Shown here: piece after piece, positions 8,729 to 17,040 of the stretch | Layout: every line of letters starts with the position of its first letter | Position numbering within the stretch: the first letter of the stretch is position 1 | From: a virus | DNA length: 60,341 nt | Strand: one strand, 5' to 3' | IMG/VR virus record: IMGVR_UViG_3300029256_000003 | The notes under the pieces: generated by a model | What the model saw: only the letters and a program-made list of their open reading frames with translations | What the model was told of the DNA's origin: nothing | Database searches by the model: none | Position numbers and translations under genes: made by a program

Positions 8729-9934
8729 ATGAATAAAACTCACGGTTCTTTATTTAGCGGTTTTGATGCCCCTAGCGTTGCAGCTTCATGGATGGGCTGG
8801 AAAAATGCCTTTCACTGTGAGATAAACCCTTTTTGCAACGAGATACTAAAATATTGGTTTCCTGATTCAGAACATTATGAAAATATTACAAAGACAGACT
8901 TTAGTCAATGGAAAGGAAGAATCGATGTCCTCACAGGCGGATTTCCTTGCCAGCCTTTCTCCCTCGCAGGTCAGAGAAAGGGAGCGGATGATAACCGCTA
9001 CCTCTGGCCGGAAATGTTACGAGCAATACGCGAAATCCGACCCGCTTGGGTTATTGGTGAAAACGTTGCTGGAATCCTCACGATGGTTCAGCCCGGCAAG
9101 GAGACTGAAGTGGGAAGCCAAACCTCTCTTTTCGGAGAAGATAACCGAAAAAGAATATTGCTACGACAAGAGTATGTTGTCGAAACCATCTGTAAAGACC
9201 TTGAGCGAGAAGGATATTCCGTCCAACCGTTGCTTATTCCGGCTTGTGCCGTCGGAGCGCCCCACAGAAGAGACAGAGTGTGGTTTATTGCCCACTGTGC
9301 AGACTCAAGGACTGAAGATGTGCGACGAGAACGGGAAGACAAGGTTCTATCCGATGGAATTGCTCCCGACACCAATGGCAAGCGATGCAACAACCGGAGC
9401 GATAATTGGAAAGAACGACCATTTTATTACAACAGGAAACGGAACTCCGAGGAAGATCAATCAAAACGGGATAAACGGAAGTGTAGGACTTGCAAGAATG
9501 GTTCAGTTGCTGCCGACTCCCAATGCTCGGGAGGCGGACAAATACAGCAAAAAATACAATCCAAACAGTCAGATGGGAACAGCTTTGACCGCAATGGCAG
9601 TGAATGGGATGTTGCCTACTCCGGTACGCCGAGATTATCAGCCATCCGTCTCCCCTCAAACACTGAAACGGAAGGATGGAAAGATGAGAACGGACAGCCT
9701 CTGCAATCTTCCAGTAATGCTAGGGGAACATTGCTTACAGAATGGTGGCAGAACTTCCCAACTCAACCCCCTGTTTGTCGAGGAAATGATGGGGTTCCCT
9801 TTAATGTGGACAACCTTACCATTCCTTTCACAAAATGGAGACAGGAATCAATTAAAGGATACGGAAACGCCATAGTTCCACAGGTGATTCTTGAAATTTT
9901 CAAAGCAATTGAAGAAATAGAACAATTAGAGTAA
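8729..9934 (+). CDS. dcm: DNA (cytosine-5)-methyltransferase, frame A
   Basis: - Motifs present: I HGSLFSGFD, IV GGFPCQPFS, VI IGENV, VIII RRDRVWF, X GYGNAIVPQV.
- The stretch between VIII and X is low-complexity.
- ATG at 8729 is preferred over TTG at 8705. Confidence 0.85.
   Translation: MNKTHGSLFSGFDAPSVAASWMGWKNAFHCEINPFCNEILKYWFPDSEHYENITKTDFSQWKGRIDVLTGGFPCQPFSLAGQRKGADDNRYLWPEMLRAIREIRPAWVIGENVAGILTMVQPGKETEVGSQTSLFGEDNRKRILLRQEYVVETICKDLEREGYSVQPLLIPACAVGAPHRRDRVWFIAHCADSRTEDVRREREDKVLSDGIAPDTNGKRCNNRSDNWKERPFYYNRKRNSEEDQSKRDKRKCRTCKNGSVAADSQCSGGGQIQQKIQSKQSDGNSFDRNGSEWDVAYSGTPRLSAIRLPSNTETEGWKDENGQPLQSSSNARGTLLTEWWQNFPTQPPVCRGNDGVPFNVDNLTIPFTKWRQESIKGYGNAIVPQVILEIFKAIEEIEQLE
8877..9875 (+). 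CDS. Overlapping +1-frame ORF inside dcm (frame B): LPTP-repeat / MGFP-motif segment
   Basis: 332 codons without a stop, lying entirely inside the dcm gene. It translates to three (L/M)LPTP repeats and NPLFVEEMMGFPLMWTTLPF (a motif-IX-like E..MGFP). The sequence is protein-like exactly where frame A is low-complexity. Confidence 0.5.
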   Translation: MKILQRQTLVNGKEESMSSQADFLASLSPSQVRERERMITATSGRKCYEQYAKSDPLGLLVKTLLESSRWFSPARRLKWEAKPLFSEKITEKEYCYDKSMLSKPSVKTLSEKDIPSNRCLFRLVPSERPTEETECGLLPTVQTQGLKMCDENGKTRFYPMELLPTPMASDATTGAIIGKNDHFITTGNGTPRKINQNGINGSVGLARMVQLLPTPNAREADKYSKKYNPNSQMGTALTAMAVNGMLPTPVRRDYQPSVSPQTLKRKDGKMRTDSLCNLPVMLGEHCLQNGGRTSQLNPLFVEEMMGFPLMWTTLPFLSQNGDRNQLKDTETP

Positions 9935-9946
9935 AACTAATCAGAA

Positions 9947-10144
9947 ATGAGTAAAATAATTATAGATGGCAAGAAATATGAACGAATCAAAGTTAAGGGG
10001 AAAGAAAATTGCAACGATTGTGATTTAGCAAAAAATGTAAGAAGTTTAGCCTCTGTGCCTATTTGTTGGCAGGAAGGAAACGAAAAGATTATAAAATATT
10101 GTGAGAATCACCCTGATGTAATATACAAAGAAGTTAAACCATAA
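9947..10144 (+). CDS. Small Cys-containing hypothetical protein
   Basis: 65 aa ORF. Confidence 0.5.
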   Translation: MSKIIIDGKKYERIKVKGKENCNDCDLAKNVRSLASVPICWQEGNEKIIKYCENHPDVIYKEVKP

Positions 10145-10155
10145 CAAATATAAAA

Positions 10156-10329
10156 ATGAGCGAAATCAAGAATTTAAAAATAGGTGACCTATTCTCTATT
10201 CGCAAAAATGGAATAGTGTATGAGTTTCTCGGATATTGTCCGATAGAGAACCTCCCTATTGCTTTTAATCGCAATAAGTATGAAACAGTATATTTTGAAG
10301 ATGAAAATAAAAAAGTCTATATGCAATGA
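10156..10329 (+). CDS. Small hypothetical protein (57 aa)
   Basis: My translation: MSEIKNLKIGDLFSIRKNGIVYEFLGYCPIENLPIAFNRNKYETVYFEDENKKVYMQ. The stop overlaps the next start (ATGA). Confidence 0.4.
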   Translation: MSEIKNLKIGDLFSIRKNGIVYEFLGYCPIENLPIAFNRNKYETVYFEDENKKVYMQ

Positions 10330-11231
10330 AAATAATAGTAAGTTTTTCCGGTGGTAAGGATTCGCAAGCCTGTTTAATCCAGGCTACCAATAAATACGGA
10401 GCCGATAAAATAGAAGCTGTTTTCTGTGATACTGGTTGGGAGCATCCCGAAACCTATCAACATATTAGTGACGTGTGCAAACAGCTTGATGTTAAATTAG
10501 TAGTTTTGAGAAGCAAGAAATATACTGATTTTGTAGATATGTCTATCAAGCGCTCCCGGTTCCCGTCTTCCCAAGGAAGGTTTTGTACTTCAGAATTGAA
10601 AATTAAACCGATGATTGATTACATTCTCTCACTTACTGAACCTTGCGTGATTATACAAGGCATCCGGGCAAAGGAAAGTGAAGAGCGTGCTAAACTTCCC
10701 TATGAATGCAATTACTTTGGGGAGTATTACGAACGCATTAAAAAGAATCGCAAAGGAAAGATTGTTGAAGTATGGAAGCAGGATTATCGTAGAAAAGATG
10801 TACTTAAATGGTGTGAACACTATGATGCAAGCGTTTCCCGTCCGATTTTTCAGTGGTCGGCACAAGAAGTAATAAATCATATCTTATCTGCCGGACAAAA
10901 GCCAAATCCTTTGTATTCTCGTGGATTTTCCCGTGTTGGTTGCTATCCTTGTATTATGTGCCGAAAGCAGGAAGTCAAACTCATTTCACAAGAAGAGTTC
11001 GGGCGTAACCGCTTGATAGATGCAGAGCAAAGGATGAAAGAAGAAACTCCAAAAGGTTCGTCTTTCTTCTCACCCGGTTACATCCCCAATCGCTTCTGCA
11101 AGAATAGAACTTACCCAACAGTACAGGAAGTTTTCGAGTATGTGAACCGTAACGATGTCGGTATGGATGATATGTTTGAGCCAGAAGGTGGATATAGTTG
11201 CATGAGCCTTTATCATGGACTTTGCGAATAA
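10326..11231 (+). CDS. PAPS-reductase-like PP-loop ATPase family protein
   Basis: The N-terminal PP-loop is IIVSFSGGKDSQ. The C-terminal Cys cluster is GCYPCIMC. Confidence 0.8.
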   Translation: MKIIVSFSGGKDSQACLIQATNKYGADKIEAVFCDTGWEHPETYQHISDVCKQLDVKLVVLRSKKYTDFVDMSIKRSRFPSSQGRFCTSELKIKPMIDYILSLTEPCVIIQGIRAKESEERAKLPYECNYFGEYYERIKKNRKGKIVEVWKQDYRRKDVLKWCEHYDASVSRPIFQWSAQEVINHILSAGQKPNPLYSRGFSRVGCYPCIMCRKQEVKLISQEEFGRNRLIDAEQRMKEETPKGSSFFSPGYIPNRFCKNRTYPTVQEVFEYVNRNDVGMDDMFEPEGGYSCMSLYHGLCE

Positions 11232-11257
11232 GAAGTTTAATTCAAATCAGAATAGAA

Positions 11258-11740
11258 ATGAATACAACCTTTGAAAAATCGGCTAATACCACTGATGAAT
11301 GGTACACACCGAAGGAAATTATAGACGCATTGGGAAAGTTCGATTTGGATCCATGTGCTCCGGTTAACCCACTTTGGAAAACAGCAGAAATCATGTACAA
11401 CAAGAATCAGGATGGATTAACTAAAAAATGGATAGGTCGGGTTTGGCTAAATCCTCCTTATTCCCGTCCGCTTATAGAACAGTTTGTTAAGCGTTTGGCA
11501 GAGCATGGAAACGGAATTGCATTACTTTTCAACCGTTGCGATTCAAAAATGTTTCAAGATGTAATATTCGAGAAGGCAACAGCGATGAAGTTTCTACGTA
11601 ACCGGATTCGTTTCTTTCGTCCAGATGGTACTCGCGGAGATTCTCCCGGTTGTGGTAGTATCCTAATCGCTTTCGGTGAAGAGAATGCAGAGATATTAAG
11701 AACCTGTGATATCACAGGTAAGTATGTTAGAATCAATTAG
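11258..11740 (+). CDS. DNA N6-adenine methyltransferase (phage Dam-like)
   Basis: DEWYTP near the N-terminus and the catalytic NPPYS motif. The ATG at 11258 follows the upstream stop. Confidence 0.8.
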   Translation: MNTTFEKSANTTDEWYTPKEIIDALGKFDLDPCAPVNPLWKTAEIMYNKNQDGLTKKWIGRVWLNPPYSRPLIEQFVKRLAEHGNGIALLFNRCDSKMFQDVIFEKATAMKFLRNRIRFFRPDGTRGDSPGCGSILIAFGEENAEILRTCDITGKYVRIN

Positions 11741-11770
11741 CGTAAAACGATATAGAAATGAATATAAGTT

Positions 11771-12424
11771 ATGATTTACGGATACATTAGAGTAAGTAGT
11801 GATAAGCAGACTGTAGAGAATCAGCGTTTTGAGATAAACAATTTCTGTGAACGCAATAAGCTGATGATTGACGATTGGATAGAAGAAACTATCAGTGGAA
11901 CGAAAAATTACACAAAACGACAGCTTGGACGTTTACTACGTAAAGTACGCAAAGATGATATTATCATCTGTAGTGAACTTTCACGTCTTGGACGTAATCT
12001 TTTTATGATTATGGAAATCTTGAATATCTGTATGGGAAAGGAATGTAAAGTTTGGACAATAAAAGACAACTATCGACTTGGGGAAGATATACAAAGTAAA
12101 GTCCTTGCCTTTGCTTTTGGATTGTCAGCTGAGATTGAACGCAATCTTATCAGTCAACGTACAAAAGAGGCATTGGCGAGAAAAAAAGCAGAAGGGGCAA
12201 TGCTCGGACATTGTCGTGGCTTTCGCTGTAGACTTAATCCCAAATGTGTCAACAAACATGATTATATTGTAAAAGAATTGGCTAAAGGAACAGAAAAAAC
12301 TGTTATATCTAAAAGGTTGAAAGTTTCAAAAACAACATTATATCGTTATCTCGTTTATACGGGGCTTCATTTGCCTATAAATTGTCAACAAGAAGGGTGG
12401 GAAGAGTATGGTATCTATCATTGA
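11771..12424 (+). CDS. Small serine recombinase (resolvase/invertase family)
   Basis: N-terminus is MIYGYIRVSSDKQ (catalytic Ser), followed by SRLGRN and a C-terminal HTH (ISKRLKVSKTTLYRYL). Confidence 0.85.
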   Translation: MIYGYIRVSSDKQTVENQRFEINNFCERNKLMIDDWIEETISGTKNYTKRQLGRLLRKVRKDDIIICSELSRLGRNLFMIMEILNICMGKECKVWTIKDNYRLGEDIQSKVLAFAFGLSAEIERNLISQRTKEALARKKAEGAMLGHCRGFRCRLNPKCVNKHDYIVKELAKGTEKTVISKRLKVSKTTLYRYLVYTGLHLPINCQQEGWEEYGIYH

Positions 12425-12462
12425 TTTTCTGTGCTACAGGAAATTAGATTAAAAATTCAGTA

Positions 12463-12708
12463 ATGGAGAAATACTACGAAATAAAAGGGAAGCATCCGGG
12501 TTATCTGTTAATTTTCAAGAACGGAGACTTTTGTGAACTGTATGCGGCTGATGCCGCCATCGCTTCCGTAGTTTTGAATATTGCCGTCAGCGAACAGACC
12601 TGTGGACAGGGACAAACAATCCGGACAGTGCGTTTCCCTTTCTACAAACTTGATACCTACTTACCAAAACTGATACTTTTTGGCAGTCGGGTAGCTCTCT
12701 GCGAGTAG
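12463..12708 (+). CDS. Stand-alone MutS domain I-like protein
   Basis: 81 aa. The pattern YYEIKGKHPGYLLIFKNGDFCELYAADA...VRFPFYKLDTYLPKLILFGSRVALCE parallels the MutS N-terminal mismatch-binding domain (PD.LLFFR.GDFYE.F..DA...G.P.H....Y...L...G..VAICEQ). Confidence 0.6.
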   Translation: MEKYYEIKGKHPGYLLIFKNGDFCELYAADAAIASVVLNIAVSEQTCGQGQTIRTVRFPFYKLDTYLPKLILFGSRVALCE

Positions 12709-12970
12709 ATTAACCAACGATAATTTTGAAAAATAATTAATAACTAAAAAGAAATGAGACGAGTGAAGGTTAAATGCATAGACACCCCTTGCGCATATGA
12801 CATAACAATAGGGCGTGAATACTGGGGAGATGAGTCAGTTGACGGATATTGAATTAGAAACGATAAAGAAGTTCTAACATGGTATCCAATGCGATTATTT
12901 ACATTAATAATGAGAGTAGACTAATTGATATAATCTGTACGGTACAGAACTAAAGAAAGGAGAATAGACT

Positions 12971-13390
12971 ATGGGATTTACAACAGCAGCATTTATACGC
13001 AAAAACACACCGGAACTTCGGAATAAGTTGGAGGAGTTGGGATATTATTTGCATCCTGAATGTATAGACGATGATAGAGGGAATTATCTATTTGTAAATA
13101 GAGAATATTACTTAAACAGGCCTTTAGGTTATTTGGAAGAGTTTTCTCGTTCTATTGATTGCGGAACCAACGAAGAGCTTTTCTTGGCTATTGCTGCATT
13201 AAGGGATGATACAAATTATATGCAATGGTTTGTCTGTACGAGTGATTATAAAGAATTTGATGGTAAAGAGTGGAAAGTTGGAGACTTTGATTTAAATACA
13301 TGTCCGGATGATTTTGACAACATACTTCCTCATTGGCGTAAGGCTACTGTAAACGAATTGATTGAACACTTTAAAGAAAAGGAGGAATAA
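12971..13390 (+). CDS. Hypothetical protein
   Basis: 139 aa ORF. Confidence 0.6.
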   Translation: MGFTTAAFIRKNTPELRNKLEELGYYLHPECIDDDRGNYLFVNREYYLNRPLGYLEEFSRSIDCGTNEELFLAIAALRDDTNYMQWFVCTSDYKEFDGKEWKVGDFDLNTCPDDFDNILPHWRKATVNELIEHFKEKEE

Positions 13391-13392
13391 CA

Positions 13393-13539
13393 ATGATAAA
13401 AAAGAAACATATCCTAGATTGGTATATTGAAAATACATCTTCTGACGAGAAAGAATATGATAATGGCTGTTTAGCTGCGTTTGTAATAGTGGCTATTATT
13501 TTTGTGGGATTGGCAATTGGAATGTGTTTAATTGAGTAA
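13393..13539 (+). CDS. Small membrane protein (48 aa)
   Basis: My translation: MIKKKHILDWYIENTSSDEKEYDNGCLAAFVIVAIIFVGLAIGMCLIE. It has one C-terminal TM helix. Confidence 0.35.
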   Translation: MIKKKHILDWYIENTSSDEKEYDNGCLAAFVIVAIIFVGLAIGMCLIE

Positions 13540-13549
13540 AACAGTGAAA

Positions 13550-13840
13550 ATGGAAGATAAATTTATAACGATAGACACTTTGAATATGTTATTGCAAAAA
13601 GGCTTTAACTATTATCATTTCCCAACACAGTCCATCGCCCAAAAGTGGCTACGTGAAACCAAGAACCTACATATTTCCATCATTAGAAACGATTGCGGTT
13701 ATGGCTATGATATATGCAAAGCTGATAATGGAACTCATATAACCGATGGAATATTTAAAGGTCCTAACGATGGTGGTCAGTGGGACACCTATGAAGAAGC
13801 ATTGGAAGTTGGAATACAAGAAGCATTAAAACTTATATAA
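13550..13840 (+). CDS. Hypothetical protein
   Basis: The ORF track gives 13532..13840 from a TTG. ATG at 13550 is preferred. Confidence 0.55.
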   Translation: MEDKFITIDTLNMLLQKGFNYYHFPTQSIAQKWLRETKNLHISIIRNDCGYGYDICKADNGTHITDGIFKGPNDGGQWDTYEEALEVGIQEALKLI

Positions 13841-13842
13841 TC

Positions 13843-14499
13843 ATGAAGAAAATAATGTTCTCGGATAAATTTGGCTTAACCCAAGCCGTATTGGAATGTC
13901 GGAAGACTATGACGAGAAGAATAATCAAATGCCCTAGAACTTTTAAAGGAGAATGGGTCGCAGGATTCAATATACACAGAAGTCCTTCTGATAAAGAGAT
14001 AGTTGGCTTTCCTTGTATGTACGATGCAGATGAAAGGGAGTTTGATATGGGCGAGATATTGCCGAAATATGAACTTGGAGAAGTTGTTGCCATTGCGCAA
14101 AGTTATATGGATGTTGACCGATTTCATAGAAAAGGGAAAAATGCAGCTTACTTAGAACACTTGGATTCTATATTGCCTGAACTGAAATTACATCCCGGTT
14201 GGACTAATAAAATGTTTGTGAAAGCCGACCTAATGCCCCGCCATATTGAATTTACAGATCGTAAGGTTGAACGCTTACAGGACATTAGCGATGAAGATTG
14301 CTTGAAAGAAGGGATATATGAAGATTCGGGTGATGATGAGTTTCCGCCATCTATATTTTATGAGTTTGAGGGAAACAAAGACGATGGATTTGATACTCCA
14401 CGTGAAGCCTTTGCCGCCCTCATAGATAAAGTTTCTGGCAAAGGTACATGGGAAAGCAATCCGTTTGTATTTGCTTACGAATTTAAATTAGTTGATTAA
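13843..14499 (+). CDS. Hypothetical protein, possibly ASCH/PUA-like
   Basis: 218 aa. The N-terminal FGLTQAVLECRKTMTRR resembles ASCH-domain N-termini. Tentative. Confidence 0.5.
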   Translation: MKKIMFSDKFGLTQAVLECRKTMTRRIIKCPRTFKGEWVAGFNIHRSPSDKEIVGFPCMYDADEREFDMGEILPKYELGEVVAIAQSYMDVDRFHRKGKNAAYLEHLDSILPELKLHPGWTNKMFVKADLMPRHIEFTDRKVERLQDISDEDCLKEGIYEDSGDDEFPPSIFYEFEGNKDDGFDTPREAFAALIDKVSGKGTWESNPFVFAYEFKLVD

Positions 14500-14530
14500 A
14501 GGAGAAATAGCCATACCAACAAGTGAAGTT

Positions 14531-14782
14531 ATGAACCGAGAAGAATACAGGCAACTATGCAGGCATTACAGCCCATACAGCGGTCAATGCTATAAAAAAT
14601 CAATTATTACGGGAGTTGCCAACAATGTGCATATAAATATGTCATGTGATGGTAAATGTGCCCGTATGAGTAATTATGACAAGAAAAATACAGTAGTAAT
14701 TGAACGCTACGAGGATGCTGACAAGATAAGCAAGTGTATTGAGATTGAATACAGTAATCTTAAAAGAAAAATGGAAAAGTAA
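14531..14782 (+). CDS. Small Cys-rich hypothetical protein
   Basis: The ORF track gives 14492..14782 from a TTG. The first ATG is at 14531. Confidence 0.5.
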   Translation: MNREEYRQLCRHYSPYSGQCYKKSIITGVANNVHINMSCDGKCARMSNYDKKNTVVIERYEDADKISKCIEIEYSNLKRKMEK

Positions 14783-14790
14783 TAAAAGAT

Positions 14791-16320
14791 ATGGAACTAA
14801 AAGAATTAACATCAAGAATATGTGATCTTTTCGGGTGTGTCAGTGTTGATACACTTCCAGATAAGATTATGTTTGCCTTGTTCTCTCAAAATTCAACCTT
14901 ATATTTTGAGAAATACAAGGAATTATGCCCTGATTTGACGGTAGACTGGTTACAAAGAGTATATCAATTCTACCATGCAGACAGGAAAGAGAAGAAACAG
15001 GATTATACGCCAGTATCCCTTGCTAAACTTGTCTCTTTTCTCAGTTATATGCCAAGTGAAAAACTGGTCTACGATTGTTGTTGCGGCTCCGGTGCACTAA
15101 CTATCCAAAAGTGGTGCACCAATCCTGATTTGAAATTTGTTTGTGAAGAGCTTGACGAACGAGTGATACCTATTCTCTTATTCAATCTCTGTATTCGCAA
15201 TATTGAAGCAACAGTGATTAATAAGGATATCTTATCCGGTAATATTATTCATTCATATAATACCATTAAAGGTACTGTATATGCCTCCGTGCAGCGTCCG
15301 ATGTTTCCTGAAACAGAACTGATGAAAGCCGATGTAGGGGTATCTAATCCTCCTTTCAATATAAGAGTATCGGTTTCAGAAACAATCCTAAAGGATTTGC
15401 CGCAAAAGTACACTTGTAATTTTGCCTTTGTCGCCCACTGTCTGCAAAGGAGTGACAGATGCGCCTTAATTCTCCCTAGGGGTGTGCTAACGAGTAAAGA
15501 AGAAAAGGAATGCAGAAAGTTTCTAATAGAGAAAGGGTGGCTCCAAGCTGCCATATCTTTGCCTGAAAAGATGTTTGAGTCTACCTCTGTTGCTACTTGT
15601 ATCCTTGTTCTCGATAAAAGGAAAAAAAGTAAAGATGTGATGCTGATTAATGCGGAGGAAATGAAATCAGTCGAGGTGAGAGAACAACGTGGAGAAGGTG
15701 ATGCTTCACATTATAACCGTATTTACAAAAAAGAATTCAACACTTTTTCAGATGAACAAATAGCCGCTATATGCGAGCTTACAATAAAAGAACAGGACTC
15801 ATTTTCTAAAAGAATTTCGCAGGAAGAATTAGAACAACATGGATATAATCTGATTATTGGTCCATATCTTCCTATAGAATTTGAAGGAACTGTTCACCGT
15901 GACTTTAACGCTATCATTTCAGATATTAACCGTATTATCCGTGAACGTAATGTCATAAAGGTTACAGTCAATAAAGTATGGGCTGAAAAACTAGGACTTA
16001 CGGAAGTTATAAGAGACTGTGAAGCATCTAATGAAATTGTTAAGGCAATGAATGAAAGTTTTACATCATTCAAGAATTACGAAGTAAAAGAGAAGATTAT
16101 TGAGAGCAAGTATATTCAATCATCTAATAGTAAAGTGTTTGTGATTGAAAATACTGATAAAGAGATATTATCAAGTATCATGCCTTTCTTTATGAATATG
16201 TACAAACAGCATCTTTACTATCTCAATAATGAAGAAAACAGACTTCTTGCGGAACTTAGGGATTCAATGCTTCCTCTGTTAATGAATGGAGATTTAATGT
16301 TAAAAGACAGTGACGAATGA
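14791..16320 (+). CDS. N6-adenine DNA methyltransferase (HsdM/type IIG-like, orphan)
   Basis: AdoMet motif is YDCCCGSGALT and the catalytic motif is VSNPPFN. No adjacent specificity or restriction gene. Confidence 0.8.
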   Translation: MELKELTSRICDLFGCVSVDTLPDKIMFALFSQNSTLYFEKYKELCPDLTVDWLQRVYQFYHADRKEKKQDYTPVSLAKLVSFLSYMPSEKLVYDCCCGSGALTIQKWCTNPDLKFVCEELDERVIPILLFNLCIRNIEATVINKDILSGNIIHSYNTIKGTVYASVQRPMFPETELMKADVGVSNPPFNIRVSVSETILKDLPQKYTCNFAFVAHCLQRSDRCALILPRGVLTSKEEKECRKFLIEKGWLQAAISLPEKMFESTSVATCILVLDKRKKSKDVMLINAEEMKSVEVREQRGEGDASHYNRIYKKEFNTFSDEQIAAICELTIKEQDSFSKRISQEELEQHGYNLIIGPYLPIEFEGTVHRDFNAIISDINRIIRERNVIKVTVNKVWAEKLGLTEVIRDCEASNEIVKAMNESFTSFKNYEVKEKIIESKYIQSSNSKVFVIENTDKEILSSIMPFFMNMYKQHLYYLNNEENRLLAELRDSMLPLLMNGDLMLKDSDE

Positions 16321-16322
16321 TT

Positions 16323-16466
16323 ATGAACCAAGAAATAGACAACAACCTACTGGCTGACTGCTTTGAATCAGCCATGAGAGAGAAATTCCTAGAAAAAGAC
16401 TGGGAGATTGAATTATGGGCTTATTCCATGTATAATGCGAATATATGGGGGAGGAGTGTAAAGTAA
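16323..16466 (+). CDS. Small hypothetical protein (47 aa)
   Basis: My translation of an ATG..TAA ORF that fills the gap. Confidence 0.3.
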   Translation: MNQEIDNNLLADCFESAMREKFLEKDWEIELWAYSMYNANIWGRSVK

Positions 16467-16530
16467 TAAACAAGAATTATTAACTTTGTGCTACATGTCA
16501 AGTGGCATGTAGCTAATCTGACGAAAAGAC

Positions 16531-17040
16531 ATGAAGTTATCAGTAAAACAGGAAAAATTTTGTAATTACTATATTGAGTGTGGAAATGCGTCTGAGGCTT
16601 ATAGGAGTGCATATCCCAACAGTAAAAAATGGGCTGATAAAACTGTATGGGAAAGAGCATCAGTACTGCTAAAAAATAACAAGGTTTTGACAAGGGTAAA
16701 AGAACTTCAGGAAGAACTCAAAAAGAAGTCGGACATTACAAAAGAAGAAGTTTTAAATATGCTTAGAAGCTTTATGTATGCTGATATACGTAATTTCCTT
16801 ACCATAAAGGACGGCAATGTTACTTTCAAAGATAGTGAAGACTGGACTGACGAAATGGCAATGCAAGTCGAAAGCGTGAAACAGGGGAAAGAGGGGATTG
16901 AAATAAAACTGAATGGGCGTACATGGACTATCCAACGACTTTGCAAAATGCTTGGTTTTGATTCTCCGCAAGATATGAATATAAACATTGCATCTCCTAT
17001 GACCAAAGAGGAAGCCAAACGAATAATAGAAGACTTATGA
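16531..17040 (+). CDS. terS: Terminase small subunit
   Basis: N-terminus is MKLSVKQEKFCNYYIECGNASEAYRSAYP, the classic P27-type TerS signature. The stop overlaps the TerL start. Confidence 0.8.
   Translation: MKLSVKQEKFCNYYIECGNASEAYRSAYPNSKKWADKTVWERASVLLKNNKVLTRVKELQEELKKKSDITKEEVLNMLRSFMYADIRNFLTIKDGNVTFKDSEDWTDEMAMQVESVKQGKEGIEIKLNGRTWTIQRLCKMLGFDSPQDMNINIASPMTKEEAKRIIEDL

Noticed and set aside
12850-12852. Genome-wide TGA-to-Trp recoding.
   Set aside because: Many well-supported genes terminate at TGA, often in ATGA stop/start overlaps (for example 3815, 5191, 10326, 17037, 24251). Standard code 11 therefore fits the genome.
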